A stretch of DNA of 64,000 nt from Myxococcota bacterium (GTDB taxonomy: Bacteria; Myxococcota_A; UBA9160; PR03): NCBI GenBank assembly GCA_041611735.1, contig JBFIML010000001.1:91743-155742 (forward strand). The letters run 5' to 3'. The first letter of the stretch is position 1, and each line of letters starts with the position of its first letter. Under the pieces are notes generated by a model. The model was not told the DNA's origin. It searched no databases and was given only the letters and a program-made list of their open reading frames with translations. A program made the position numbers and the translations under genes. Shown piece after piece: positions 1-10,575 of the stretch.

Positions 1-2
1 GG

Positions 3-1964
3 ATGCCGCTGCAGTTCGGCCGTCCCATCTCCCCGGACATGCTGGGCCAGCTCGACGGCTTCAGCCCCCTCGTCCAGGTCCTGATGAACTTCCCGGGTGG
101 TGTGGACCTGGAGCGCTCCGGGGCGGCGCAGCTGCTTTCGGACCGGCGCACCCACGACGACCGCTCCCTGGACCGCAACAGCCCCACGGTGCTCGTGGAC
201 CTCGAGACCGGCGAGCGCGTGCTCCACTTCGTGGAGCTCGACGCGCGCCTGACGGACCCGGCCCGGCGCCTCTTCTTCCTGCGTCCCGCGCAGAGCCTGC
301 GCCCGGGGCACCGCTACGCGGTGGCCGTGCGCAACCTGGTCGCTCCCGACGGGAGCCCCGTTCCGGCGGAGCCGGTCTTCGCGGCCCTGCGGGACGGGCG
401 GCCTTCGGACATCCCGGCCGTCGAGGCGCGTCGCGAACACTTCGAGCACTTGTTCCGGGACCTGTGGCGCAAGGCCCGGGTGCCGCGCGGGGACCTGGTG
501 CTGGCCTTCGACTTCGTGGTGCAGAGCGACGAGGGACTGACCCACCAGATGCTGGCCATGCGCGAGCAGGCCTTCGACTGGCTCGCCCAGCAGGTGGCGC
601 TCGGGAACACCGCCGACCTCTTCACGGTGAATCCGGACGCCACCCGGGAGAACGACTGCTCCGAGCCCGACACCCTCTTCTGGCGCACCGTGGAAGGCAC
701 CTACCGGGTGCCGCTCTTCCTGACCGCCGACCCGGTGGCGACGCCCCGGGCCGACAGCTTCCTCGCCGTGGACGCCGACGGGCATCCGGTCCCGAACGGC
801 GAGACGAACCCGCCCTTCACCATCGCCGTCCCGTGCGCCGTCCTGCAGGGCGGCCCGCCGGCCAGCCCGCTGGTGATCGGTCACGGCCTGTTCGGCAGCG
901 GCCGCAGCACCATTCGGGGCTTCCTGGACGACGAGGTGGCCGACGGGGTCCTGGATCTGGGCTTCGACCGCTTCGACTACATCCCCGGCGCCACGGACTG
1001 GCGGGGCCTCTCGACGCCCGACCGGGAAGGGCCGCCCGGACCCGACGGCCGGCCCGGTCCCCTCGTCCAGAGCTGGATCGTGACCCAGGTGCTGACCCAG
1101 CTCGGCAACTTCTCCCAGCTCCCGGACCGCCTGCGCCAGGGCCAGCTCAACACCCTGGTGCTGGCCCGCATGATGAAGCAGGGCCTCTTCAACGTGCATC
1201 CGGCCTTCCGGACGCCCGAGGACGCGGGCGTCTTCCCGGGCCCCCAGGAGCCGGCCTACTACTTCGGCGCGAGCCTCGGCGGCGTCATGGGCCTCATGTT
1301 CGCGGCGCTCTCCCCGGACGTAGAGCGCCTGAACGTGGACGTGCCCGCCATGAACTTCGCGTTCCTGCTGCAGCGGGCCACGCCGTTCCTGCAGTTCCAG
1401 GACCTGCTGGTGCTCACGGGAATCGGTGACGCCACGGAGGTGGCCATCGGCGTCGGGCTGATCGGCGAGCTCTGGGTGCGCGGCGAGTCGGCGGGCTACG
1501 CCACCCACATCACGCGGGATCCACTGCCCGGAACCAACGCCAAGCGCATCCTCATGACCGAGGCCTGGCTCGACCAGCAGGTGTCGAACCTCGGCACCGA
1601 GATCGCCGCGCGCACGCTCCGGCTCCCGAACCTGAAGCCCGGCTCCCTGGTCTCCGACCTGGTGGACGTCCCCGACCGCGCGGGGCCGCTGCCCTCGGCG
1701 CTCGTGGTCTACGACACGGGCTCCTTCGACCTGGCGAACCCGGCCCACGAGCCCTTCGTGCCGCCGCTGGCCAACCTGCAGGCGATACCGAACCGCTGCG
1801 ACCCGCACGGGCTGCGGGGCCTGATCCCCGCGTCCCTGTTGCAGCTGATCGCCTTCCTGCAGCCGGACGGGGAGATCGAGAACTTCTGCAACGGCGACTG
1901 CGACGCCGCAGAGCCGATCGAGCTGCCCTTCGGCGCGGACGCGCCCTGCAATCCGCTTCCCTAG
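3..1964 (+). CDS. Large alpha/beta-hydrolase (lipase-like) protein, probably secreted; 5' end likely outside the window
   Basis: Nucleophile elbow GASLGG, GHGLFG oxyanion-type motif, C-terminal DPH His, several Cys; frame is open to the window edge. Confidence 0.7.
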   Translation: MPLQFGRPISPDMLGQLDGFSPLVQVLMNFPGGVDLERSGAAQLLSDRRTHDDRSLDRNSPTVLVDLETGERVLHFVELDARLTDPARRLFFLRPAQSLRPGHRYAVAVRNLVAPDGSPVPAEPVFAALRDGRPSDIPAVEARREHFEHLFRDLWRKARVPRGDLVLAFDFVVQSDEGLTHQMLAMREQAFDWLAQQVALGNTADLFTVNPDATRENDCSEPDTLFWRTVEGTYRVPLFLTADPVATPRADSFLAVDADGHPVPNGETNPPFTIAVPCAVLQGGPPASPLVIGHGLFGSGRSTIRGFLDDEVADGVLDLGFDRFDYIPGATDWRGLSTPDREGPPGPDGRPGPLVQSWIVTQVLTQLGNFSQLPDRLRQGQLNTLVLARMMKQGLFNVHPAFRTPEDAGVFPGPQEPAYYFGASLGGVMGLMFAALSPDVERLNVDVPAMNFAFLLQRATPFLQFQDLLVLTGIGDATEVAIGVGLIGELWVRGESAGYATHITRDPLPGTNAKRILMTEAWLDQQVSNLGTEIAARTLRLPNLKPGSLVSDLVDVPDRAGPLPSALVVYDTGSFDLANPAHEPFVPPLANLQAIPNRCDPHGLRGLIPASLLQLIAFLQPDGEIENFCNGDCDAAEPIELPFGADAPCNPLP

Positions 1965-1965
1965 A

Positions 1966-1999
1966 CAGGAGCCCGACCCGAGTTCGGGTCGGGCTCCTG
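1966..1999 (+). terminator. Strong stem-loop after the hydrolase gene (terminator-like, no U tract)
   Basis: caggagcccgacccga / tcgggtcgggctcctg, perfect 16-bp inverted repeat 2 nt after the stop. Confidence 0.65.
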
Positions 2000-2091
2000 C
2001 GGGAGCCACCGCGCTCGCTTTCCCCGAGCCCCGTAATCCGCTAGAAACCGAATGGTATCCCGGTACTTCGGGAGGATTCGGGGGACTCGGC

Positions 2092-3807
2092 ATGGACGTG
2101 GTCCGTCACGACCTGATCATCGTGGGCGGAGGCGCGGCTGGCCTGCGCGCGGCGATCGCGGCGGTGGAGGCCGACCCCGGCCTGAGCGTCGCGCTGGTGT
2201 CCAAGGTCTATCCGATGCGCAGCCACACCGTGTCCGCCGAGGGGGGGGCGGCCGCGGTGGCGCGCGCCGACGACACCCTGGACATGCACGCCTACGACAC
2301 CATCAAGGGGTCCGACTTCCTCGCGGACCAGGACACCGTGGAGTACTTCGTCGAGGAGTGCCCCAAGGAGCTCACGCTGCTCGAGCACTGGGGTTGCCCG
2401 TGGAGCCGCAACGAGGACGGCAGCGTGGCCACCCGTGCCTTCGGCGGCATGACCACGAAGCGCACCTGGTTCGCTGCCGACAAGGTCGGCTTCCACATGC
2501 TGCACACGCTGTTCCAGCACTCCATGCGCTTCGACCGCATCGTCCGTTACGACGAGCAGTTCGTGTCGAAGCTCCTGGTGCACAACGGGCAGGTGGGCGG
2601 AGTAGCCGTCCTGGACGTCCGCACCGGCGAGGTGCGGGCGATCCTCGGGCGCGCCGTGATTCTCACGACGGGCGGGGCAGGACGCATCTTTCCCTTCACC
2701 ACCAACGGGACCATCAAGACCGGAGACGGCATGGCGCTGGCCTATCGGGTGGGCGTGCCCCTCAAGGACATGGAGTTCGTCCAGTACCACCCGACGGGCC
2801 TGCCGGGCACGGGGATCCTGATCACCGAGGCGACCCGCGGCGAGGGCGGCTACCTGATCAACGCGGAGGGCGAGCGCTTCCTCACCACCCGCGACTACGG
2901 CGTCGGGCAGAAGGCGGAGCTCGGCCCACGCGACATGATCTCCCGCGCCATCATCCAGGAGATGCAGGCCGGACGCGGCATCAAGGGGCCCTACGGAGAA
3001 TACGTGCACCTGGACCTCCGGCACCTGGGCGAGGAGAAGATCAACCAACGCCTGCCCTTCGTACGCGAGCTGGCACGCACCTACGCCGGCGTCGACCCGG
3101 TGCACGAGCCGATCCCGATCCGGCCGGTCGTTCACTACATGATGGGCGGTGTGGACACGGACGTGGACGGCGCCACGGTGCTCCGCGGGCTCTACGCCGC
3201 GGGTGAGACCGCCTGCGTGACCATCAACGGAGCCAACCGGCTCGGCTCGAATTCGCTGACCGAGTGTCTCGTCTTCGGGGCCCGAGCCGCGAGGCATGCG
3301 GCGCGTTTCGTCCGCGAGTGCAGCGCGCCGGACGAGCCCGCGCTGCGCCGGCAGATCGAGGACGAGGCCGGCCGCATCGCCAACCTGCGCGGCCGCAAGA
3401 AGGGCGGCGAGCGCATGACGCCCCTCCGCCGCGAGCTGAACGAAGCCATGGAGAGCGGCTGTGGCGTGTACCGGGAGGAAGGCGCCACGCGAGCGGCGCT
3501 CCAGACCATCGCCCAGCTCAAGGGGCGCCATGCGGACCTCCGGCTGGAGGACGACAGCAAGGTGTTCAACACCGAACTCGTCCAGGCCCTCGAGCTCGCA
3601 AACATGCTCGATGTGGCGGAGGCGGTGGCCATCTCGGCGCTGCACCGCAGGGAGTCGCGCGGTGCCCACAGCCGCCGCGACCATCCGAAGCGCAACGACG
3701 GCGACTTCCTGCACCACATCGTGGCGAGCTTCGACCCCGGCGGGCCGCGGCTCGGCCAGAAGGCCGTGACCCTCACCCGCTGGCAGCCGGAGGAACGCAA
3801 GTACTGA
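2092..3807 (+). CDS. frdA: Fumarate reductase flavoprotein subunit
   Basis: GGGAAG FAD motif; RSHTVSAEGG (covalent-FAD His and Frd-type Glu); QYHPTG, ELGPRD, HYMMGG, GANRLGSNSL, RESRGAH. Confidence 0.92.
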   Translation: MDVVRHDLIIVGGGAAGLRAAIAAVEADPGLSVALVSKVYPMRSHTVSAEGGAAAVARADDTLDMHAYDTIKGSDFLADQDTVEYFVEECPKELTLLEHWGCPWSRNEDGSVATRAFGGMTTKRTWFAADKVGFHMLHTLFQHSMRFDRIVRYDEQFVSKLLVHNGQVGGVAVLDVRTGEVRAILGRAVILTTGGAGRIFPFTTNGTIKTGDGMALAYRVGVPLKDMEFVQYHPTGLPGTGILITEATRGEGGYLINAEGERFLTTRDYGVGQKAELGPRDMISRAIIQEMQAGRGIKGPYGEYVHLDLRHLGEEKINQRLPFVRELARTYAGVDPVHEPIPIRPVVHYMMGGVDTDVDGATVLRGLYAAGETACVTINGANRLGSNSLTECLVFGARAARHAARFVRECSAPDEPALRRQIEDEAGRIANLRGRKKGGERMTPLRRELNEAMESGCGVYREEGATRAALQTIAQLKGRHADLRLEDDSKVFNTELVQALELANMLDVAEAVAISALHRRESRGAHSRRDHPKRNDGDFLHHIVASFDPGGPRLGQKAVTLTRWQPEERKY

Positions 3808-4556
3808 TGGACGATCTGCAGAACAAGACCTTCGTGGTGACGCGCTTCGACCCGGATCGGGACGCGGCGCCCCGCACCCAGTCCTACGAGATCCCGTGCC
3901 GTTCCGACTGGAAGGTCCTCGACGCGCTCAACCACATCAAGGACGAGATCGACGCGACGCTCTCCCATCGCTGGTCCTGCCGCATGGCCGTGTGCGGGAG
4001 CTGCGGCATGAACGTGAACGGGGAGCCGAAGCTCACCTGCAAGGCCGCGCTCGCCGGCTACGGGGACGTTGTCGAAGTGGCGCCGCTCGCCAACTTCCCG
4101 ATCGTCCGCGACCTGGTCGTCGACATGGAAGGCTTCATGGAGAAGTTCCAGGCCGTGAAGCCCTGGATCATCGAGGCCAAGGCGCGCGCGGTGGAGGAAG
4201 GACCGCACCGCCAGTCGCCGGAGCAGCTCGAGGCGTTCCGTCAGTTCAGCATGTGCATCAACTGCATGCTCTGCTATGCGGCTTGCCCGGTCGTGGCCCG
4301 CGAGCCGCACTTCCTGGGGCCGGCCGCCATCGCGCTCGGCCACCGCTACAACATGGACAGCCGTGACGAGGGTGCTCGCGAGCGCAACGCGATCTTCCGG
4401 GGCGAGGGCACGGTCTTCTCCTGCTCCTACGCCAACGAGTGCACCGAGGTCTGCCCCAAGAACGTGGACCCGGCGGCCGCCGTGAACCAGGCCAAGCTGA
4501 ATGCCGTGATCGACTGGGCCACCTCGCTGGTACTGCCGCGCCGGGGAGAGGAGTAG
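3807..4556 (+). CDS. frdB: Fumarate reductase iron-sulfur subunit
   Basis: ATG overlaps frdA stop (TGATG); CRMAVCGSC, CINCMLCYAAC and CSYANECTEVCP cluster motifs. Confidence 0.92.
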   Translation: MDDLQNKTFVVTRFDPDRDAAPRTQSYEIPCRSDWKVLDALNHIKDEIDATLSHRWSCRMAVCGSCGMNVNGEPKLTCKAALAGYGDVVEVAPLANFPIVRDLVVDMEGFMEKFQAVKPWIIEAKARAVEEGPHRQSPEQLEAFRQFSMCINCMLCYAACPVVAREPHFLGPAAIALGHRYNMDSRDEGARERNAIFRGEGTVFSCSYANECTEVCPKNVDPAAAVNQAKLNAVIDWATSLVLPRRGEE

Positions 4557-4558
4557 CC

Positions 4559-4996
4559 GTGGGCCTCTCCCACCCGGATGCCATGCGGCCCCCGCGACCG
4601 GCGCCCACGCGCGCCGCGCCGCCCACGCTGCCGGACGGCTTCTGGACCCGCCCGCGCATGCGGCGCTACCTGCTCTTCGACGCCACCGGGATCGTGTACC
4701 TCCTGGTGGGGCTCGTCACGCTCCGCGTGGCCTGGGCGTTGGCGGCGGGGCCCGAGGCCTGGCAGGGGCTCCAGGCGAGCTTCCGCCATCCTCTCTATCT
4801 GGCCTTCCACGCGCTGACCCTCGCCTCGGTGCTGTTCGTGGGCGTGCGCTTCTTCGGGCTGTTCCCGAAGGCGCAGCCGGCTCGGCTCGGGCCGCTCAAG
4901 CCGCCGCCGGAGCCCGCGATCCAGGCCATGCTCTACGTCGCCTGGGGCGTGGTCACGGTCGCCCTGCTCGTGGTGCTGGGAGGGGTCTGGCCGTGA
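4559..4996 (+). CDS. frdC: Fumarate reductase membrane anchor subunit C
   Basis: Three hydrophobic segments; FWTRPRMRRYLLFDATG and FFGLFPKA resemble FrdC; operon position. Start is GTG 4559 or ATG 4583. Confidence 0.75.
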   Translation: MGLSHPDAMRPPRPAPTRAAPPTLPDGFWTRPRMRRYLLFDATGIVYLLVGLVTLRVAWALAAGPEAWQGLQASFRHPLYLAFHALTLASVLFVGVRFFGLFPKAQPARLGPLKPPPEPAIQAMLYVAWGVVTVALLVVLGGVWP

Positions 4997-5352
4997 AGCA
5001 TCTGCTGCTGCGCCTCGAGCCGATCATCTGGCTGCTCTTCGGGGCTGGAATCCTGGTGGGGACCCTGCTCCTGCCGGGCTACCTGCTGACCGTCACCCTG
5101 GCCGGGCCGCTCGGGATCCTTCCCGCGGACGCGCTTTCCTACGACCGGGCCTACGCCATCGCGGCAAGCCCCCTCGGGCGCCTCGTCCTGCTCGGTCTGA
5201 TCGCGCTTCCGCTCTGGAAGGGGGCCCACCACCTGCGCTCCCTCTGGATCGACCTGGTGGGGGCCTCGAGCGAGGCCGCCGTGGCCACGCTGCTCTACCT
5301 GGTGGCCCTCGTGGGGAGCGTCCTGGGCCTCCTGGCGGTGGTCGGCCTCTGA
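4993..5352 (+). CDS. frdD: Fumarate reductase membrane anchor subunit D
   Basis: EPIIWLLFGAG and LPLWKGAHHLR match the FrdD pattern; GTGA coupling to frdC. Confidence 0.82.
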   Translation: MKHLLLRLEPIIWLLFGAGILVGTLLLPGYLLTVTLAGPLGILPADALSYDRAYAIAASPLGRLVLLGLIALPLWKGAHHLRSLWIDLVGASSEAAVATLLYLVALVGSVLGLLAVVGL

Positions 5353-5412
5353 GCTGCGCTTGACGCCTCCCGGCCCGTGCTTAGGCATGGAGTCCAAGGA
5401 GGTCGACGAGCC

Positions 5413-5901
5413 ATGGCACTTCCCAGTGTGCTTCGCCGGGGACGCAACCGCGACGTCCCGGTGCGCCGGAGCGAGGATCCGTTCTGGTCGCTCCAGAACG
5501 AAGTGAACCGCCTGTTCGAGGACTTCTGGCACGGAAGCGGCTTCGGCTTGCCCTTCTTGGCCGAGCCCTCGCGCTTCCACCCGAGCATCGACGTCGCCGA
5601 GACCGAGAGCGAGGTCCGGGTGACCGCGGAGCTGCCGGGCCTCGAGGAGAAGGACTTCGAGCTGCACCTGGCCGGCGACCAGCTCATGATCCGCGGCGAG
5701 AAGCGCACGGAGCACGAGGAGAGCGGGCGCGGCTGGCACAGCGCGGAGCGCGCCTTCGGCAGCTTCCAGCGCGCGATCCAGCTGCCGTGCGAGGTGGACG
5801 CCGACAAGGCCTCCGCCGAGTACAAGAACGGCATCCTGACCGTGCGCCTGCCCAAGGTCGCCCAGGCCCAGGCACGCCGCATCGACGTGAAGTCGGGCTA
5901 G
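5413..5901 (+). CDS. Hsp20/alpha-crystallin small heat-shock protein
   Basis: AELPG, ERAFGSFQRAIQLP, AEYKNGILTVRLPK; AAGGAGG RBS before ATG 5413. Confidence 0.93.
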   Translation: MALPSVLRRGRNRDVPVRRSEDPFWSLQNEVNRLFEDFWHGSGFGLPFLAEPSRFHPSIDVAETESEVRVTAELPGLEEKDFELHLAGDQLMIRGEKRTEHEESGRGWHSAERAFGSFQRAIQLPCEVDADKASAEYKNGILTVRLPKVAQAQARRIDVKSG

Positions 5902-5921
5902 GGTCCATCTTCCGACGCATC

Positions 5922-5953
5922 GGGGCCGGCGCCGCGCTGGCGGCGCCGGCCCC
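5922..5953. terminator. Stem-loop between convergent genes
   Basis: ggggccggcgccgc-gctg-gcggcgccggcccc, perfect 14-bp stem. Confidence 0.6.
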
Positions 5954-5984
5954 TCCTGTACGCAGCCCGGGTCCGCGCGGCCGG

Positions 5985-6428
5985 CTAGCGATGCCTGCGC
6001 CCGTCCCGCCGGCCGTGATGCCCGTGTCGCTCGGACCGCTGGCGGTCGTGCCGGAAGCCGTGCCGATCGTGCTTGCCGCGGTGCAGGCGATACCCGAAGC
6101 CGTGCCGGTCGTGCTTGCCCCGGTGCAGGCGATACCCGAAGCCGTGCCGGTCGTGCTTGCCGCGGTGCAGGCGGTAGCCGAAGCCGTGCCGGTCGTGCCT
6201 GCGGTGGTGCCGGCGTTGCCAGAAGCCATGCCGGTCGTGCTTGCCGTAGTGGTGCCGCCCGTGCCGCAAGCCGTGCCGGTCGTGGCGCGCGTGCGCCCGG
6301 TACGAGTCGCTGTCGTCGTCCGCGTACCGGTGGCCGGCCTGGGCGGCGGGCGCCGCCAGGAGCGCCAGACCGAACACTGCGCTGAGCAGCCCGGCGCCTG
6401 TCGTGAGTCGCTTCCTCGACATCGTCAT
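5985..6428 (-). CDS. Secreted His/Arg-rich tandem-repeat protein (147 aa)
   Basis: Signal peptide ending AAQA, acidic DDDSDS, then repeated KHDRHGFGYRLHRG units. Confidence 0.7.
   Translation of the reverse strand: MTMSRKRLTTGAGLLSAVFGLALLAAPAAQAGHRYADDDSDSYRAHARHDRHGLRHGRHHYGKHDRHGFWQRRHHRRHDRHGFGYRLHRGKHDRHGFGYRLHRGKHDRHGFGYRLHRGKHDRHGFRHDRQRSERHGHHGRRDGRRHR
6054..6285. repeat. 42-bp coding tandem repeat (3 near-perfect plus 2-3 degenerate units)
   Basis: gaagccgtgccg(g/a)tcgtgc recurs at 6054, 6096, 6138 and 6180, with degenerate copies at 6222 and 6267. Confidence 0.9.
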
Positions 6429-6508
6429 GGGTTGACCCCCGTATCGTGGTTCCGAGGGCTTGGACGGCGGCGTGCTGGTGCTATTCGCTGTACGCAAGGG
6501 CGCGATGG

Positions 6509-7654
6509 TCAGGGACCCGTCGAGAACAGGCGTTCCGCGAGTTTGCGCCGGTGATGGGTGGCGTCGCCCAACAGTGCACGGCTCCACAGTGCCCGCCTCA
6601 TGTAGAGGTGCGCATCGCACTCCCAGGTGAAGCCGTAGCCGCCGTGGAGCTGTACGGCCCGTCGTACCGCATCGGAGAACACGTCGCCGGCGAGCGCCTT
6701 GGCCATGCGCACGACGGGCTCGGCCTGCGCAGGGGTCCGATCCAGGCCGGCGCCGGCCGCCAGCGCGAGGCTGCGCACCAGCTCGACCCCGATCAGGGTG
6801 TCCACGATCGGGTGCTTCACCGCCTGGAAGCTCCCGATCGGACGCCCGAACTGGACGCGCTGGATGGCGTAGTCGCGGGTCAGGAGCAGGGCTCCCTCGG
6901 CGCCCCCGACCATCTCGGCTGCGAGCGCCGCCGCGCCTCGTACCAGGACCTCGTTCAGCGCCGTCGCTCCCTCGCCGTCGAGTCGGGCGTCGGCGGGAAC
7001 GCGCACGCCTTCCAGGGTGACCCGCCCGCTGCGGCGTGTGGCGTCGATGCCGGTCTCCGGATCGATCACGAGGCCCGGGCACGGTGGCTCCACCACGAAA
7101 AACGCGAGCTGGCCGTCCGGCTCGCGGCACGGCACGACGAGCAGGTTCGCACTGGGCGCCGCGAGCACCTGGATCTTTCGGCCGCGCAGTACGAAGCCGC
7201 CTTCGGCGGGCTCTGCGCTGGTGCAGAGGGCGTCGGCCTCGAAGGCACCGCCCGGCTCCAGGAGGGCGAGCGAGGCGATCGACTCGCCGGACGCAATGGA
7301 CGGCAGCCACCGCTCGCACTGCCCGGCGCTCCCGGCGTGCTCGAACGCGAAGCCCGCCAGGAGACAGGCGAAGAATGGGGAGGGCAGCAGACTCCTCCCC
7401 ATTTCGTCGAGGAGCAGGGCCAGGGGCAGGTGTCCCAGGCCGGCCCCGCCGTGGGCTTCCGGGAAGGCGAGCCCGACCCAGCCGAGTCGGCCGATCTCCC
7501 TCCACAGCGTCGGGTCGAACCCCGACGGCTCTTCCATCCAGCGCCGCACCTCTGCCGGCGGGCAGCGTTCCGCCAGGAAGCGCTGCGCCTCGCTGCGAAG
7601 CAACACGTGCTCCTCGGTCACGCCGAAGTCGAGGGGAACGTCGAGACCCGCCAT
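6509..7654 (-). CDS. Acyl-CoA dehydrogenase, short (beta-type) subunit of a heteromeric ACAD
   Basis: RVQFGRPIGSFQAVKH, VQLHGGYGFTWE; directly downstream of the alpha subunit. Confidence 0.87.
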   Translation of the reverse strand: MAGLDVPLDFGVTEEHVLLRSEAQRFLAERCPPAEVRRWMEEPSGFDPTLWREIGRLGWVGLAFPEAHGGAGLGHLPLALLLDEMGRSLLPSPFFACLLAGFAFEHAGSAGQCERWLPSIASGESIASLALLEPGGAFEADALCTSAEPAEGGFVLRGRKIQVLAAPSANLLVVPCREPDGQLAFFVVEPPCPGLVIDPETGIDATRRSGRVTLEGVRVPADARLDGEGATALNEVLVRGAAALAAEMVGGAEGALLLTRDYAIQRVQFGRPIGSFQAVKHPIVDTLIGVELVRSLALAAGAGLDRTPAQAEPVVRMAKALAGDVFSDAVRRAVQLHGGYGFTWECDAHLYMRRALWSRALLGDATHHRRKLAERLFSTGP

Positions 7655-7662
7655 GGCGCCGC

Positions 7663-8889
<1,227 letters not shown>

Positions 8890-8917
8890 GGGCGACGAGT
8901 ATAGGCCGATGACGCTC

Positions 8918-9352
8918 TCACGCGCCGGGTGACTCCTCTCCCAGCTGGCGCAGGATCGTGGCGGAGTCGAAGTACACGCGCTCGCAGACCAGGTGGATCC
9001 CCTCGAACAGGAAGAAGGCGGTCATGCGGCAGCGGAACGCACGGCCGGTGGGCGACATGCCCAGCAGGGCGCCTCGATGTGTGCCGAGCAGCCAGAACTC
9101 GACCACCACCGCGTCATCCGCGTGGCGCAGGGAGATCAGCTCGTTGCGCTGGTCCGGGAAGGCGGTGCGCGTCTCCCGGAAGTAGCGCTCCACCTCTTCG
9201 TGACCATCGTAGACCTGACCGGTGGCGATCAGCTCGTAGCGTGGACGTCGGAAGGTCCCGATGGCCTTGGAGAAGTCGTGGACGTTCTCCGCCTCCATGT
9301 GCTCGCGCACGATGCGTTCGCGGGCGGTCCTCGTCTCGGCGGCGGTGCTCAT
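8918..9352 (-). CDS. SnoaL-like ester cyclase / NTF2-fold protein
   Basis: AFPDQ, GTHRG, PTGRAF and ERVYFD motifs. Confidence 0.85.
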   Translation of the reverse strand: MSTAAETRTARERIVREHMEAENVHDFSKAIGTFRRPRYELIATGQVYDGHEEVERYFRETRTAFPDQRNELISLRHADDAVVVEFWLLGTHRGALLGMSPTGRAFRCRMTAFFLFEGIHLVCERVYFDSATILRQLGEESPGA

Positions 9353-9948
9353 GCAGGGATCCGCATCGCGACGCGCTCCTCGCTCCGCAGCCCCTCCTCG
9401 TGCTCGCGCCGCACCAGGGCGGCGAGCTCGGGGCCCAGCTCCGCGGGCGCCAGCGTCCGGAAGCCGAGGCGGCCGTAGAAGGGCGCGTTCCAGGGCACGT
9501 CCCGGAAGGTGGTGAGGGTCACGGCCGGCAGGCCCCGGGCGCCGGCCCAGGCACAGACCGTGCGTACGAGGGCCGTCCCGATCCCGCGGCGCCCGTGGGA
9601 GGTCAGCACGTCGAGCTCATCCAGGTGGGCGGCGCCGTCCAGGAGCTCCACCAGGGCGAATCCCACCACGCCCTCGTCCGCCTCCGCCACCCACAGACGC
9701 CCCTCGCGCTGGGCGCGGCGCAGCTGGGCGACGGGCGTCCCGTCCGCGCGTATCCCTTCGGCCATGGGCAACCCTGCGAAGCGCGAGGCCGCTTCGCTCT
9801 CGATCGCCGGGAGGGTGTCCACGTCCCCGGGCCGGGCGAAGCGGATCGCACACCCCGTCCCCTGCCCGAAGGACCTGCCGCCTTCGGCAAGAGAGTGCTG
9901 CTCGACGGTCGGGTTCGGACGCCCCAGGATTGGCGTGGCTTCCGGCAT
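9349..9948 (-). CDS. GNAT N-acetyltransferase
   Basis: HGRRGIGTAL acetyl-CoA motif, TLTTFRDVPWNAPFYGRLGF; start inferred from the -10 box. Confidence 0.85.
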   Translation of the reverse strand: MPEATPILGRPNPTVEQHSLAEGGRSFGQGTGCAIRFARPGDVDTLPAIESEAASRFAGLPMAEGIRADGTPVAQLRRAQREGRLWVAEADEGVVGFALVELLDGAAHLDELDVLTSHGRRGIGTALVRTVCAWAGARGLPAVTLTTFRDVPWNAPFYGRLGFRTLAPAELGPELAALVRREHEEGLRSEERVAMRIPA

Positions 9949-10026
9949 CGGCTCAAGCCTACCCCAGGCCGCCGGTTCAAGGCCCACCTGCGGCGTGCCG
10001 AAGGCAGACGTGGGAGGGGAGGGGCC

Positions 10027-10575
10027 ATGCGTCCGCAGGCCGAGCCGCGCTTCAGCAAACGAGTTCCGTGTCGTCTGCGGGTAGCCGGGAGCACCTACTC
10101 GGGGCTCGTGCTGAACGTGTCGCGCACCGGGCTCTTCGTGCAGACCAACGCGCAGACCCGACCCGGCGCAGAGTTGTGCGTCGATCTCGGCCCCGGAGCG
10201 ACCGGCGGCCGCATTCCGCTCGGCGCCAAGGTGGTGTGGCGGCGCGTCGTGGCGCCGTACCTGCGGACCGTCACCCACGGCGGTCTCGGCGTGCGCATCG
10301 AGAACGCGCCCGAGGCCTTCTATCACTTCCTGTCCCGGGTGGCGCGCGAGACGGAGGCGCCGGCTCCCGTCCCGACGCCCGCGGTGGGCGTCGGGACCCC
10401 GTCCGCAGCCTCGGCCGCATCCGGCTCGCCCTATCGGGTCCGGATCCGCCACGAATCGGGGTCGCGCTCCCGCACCCTGATCCTGCGCTCCTCCTCGGAG
10501 CACGAGGCGCGCCGCAGCGCGCTGGCCAGTGCCGGGCCGGGCTGGACGGTCCTCGAGGTCCAGCGCGCGCGCTAG
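10027..10575 (+). CDS. PilZ-domain protein
   Basis: QAEPRF and NVSRTGLFV PilZ-like motifs, AKVVWRR, GLGVRI; GGAGG upstream. Confidence 0.72.
   Translation: MRPQAEPRFSKRVPCRLRVAGSTYSGLVLNVSRTGLFVQTNAQTRPGAELCVDLGPGATGGRIPLGAKVVWRRVVAPYLRTVTHGGLGVRIENAPEAFYHFLSRVARETEAPAPVPTPAVGVGTPSAASAASGSPYRVRIRHESGSRSRTLILRSSSEHEARRSALASAGPGWTVLEVQRAR

Noticed and set aside
5369-5400. Heat-shock regulatory element (CIRCE or sigma-32) before hsp20
   Set aside because: TTGACG is present, but there is no CIRCE inverted repeat and no convincing -10 or CCCCAT
6054-6285. Possible CRISPR array
   Set aside because: Contiguous in-frame tandem units without unique spacers; no cas genes
6440-6447. cgtatcgt as a third copy of the TetR operator
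   Set aside because: Half-site only; the other half does not match
5787-6554. Plus-strand ORF with VPEAVPVVLA repeats, and a minus-strand TTGTASG repeat frame
   Set aside because: Alternative readings of the 42-bp repeat; only the His-rich frame has a signal peptide and a sensible start
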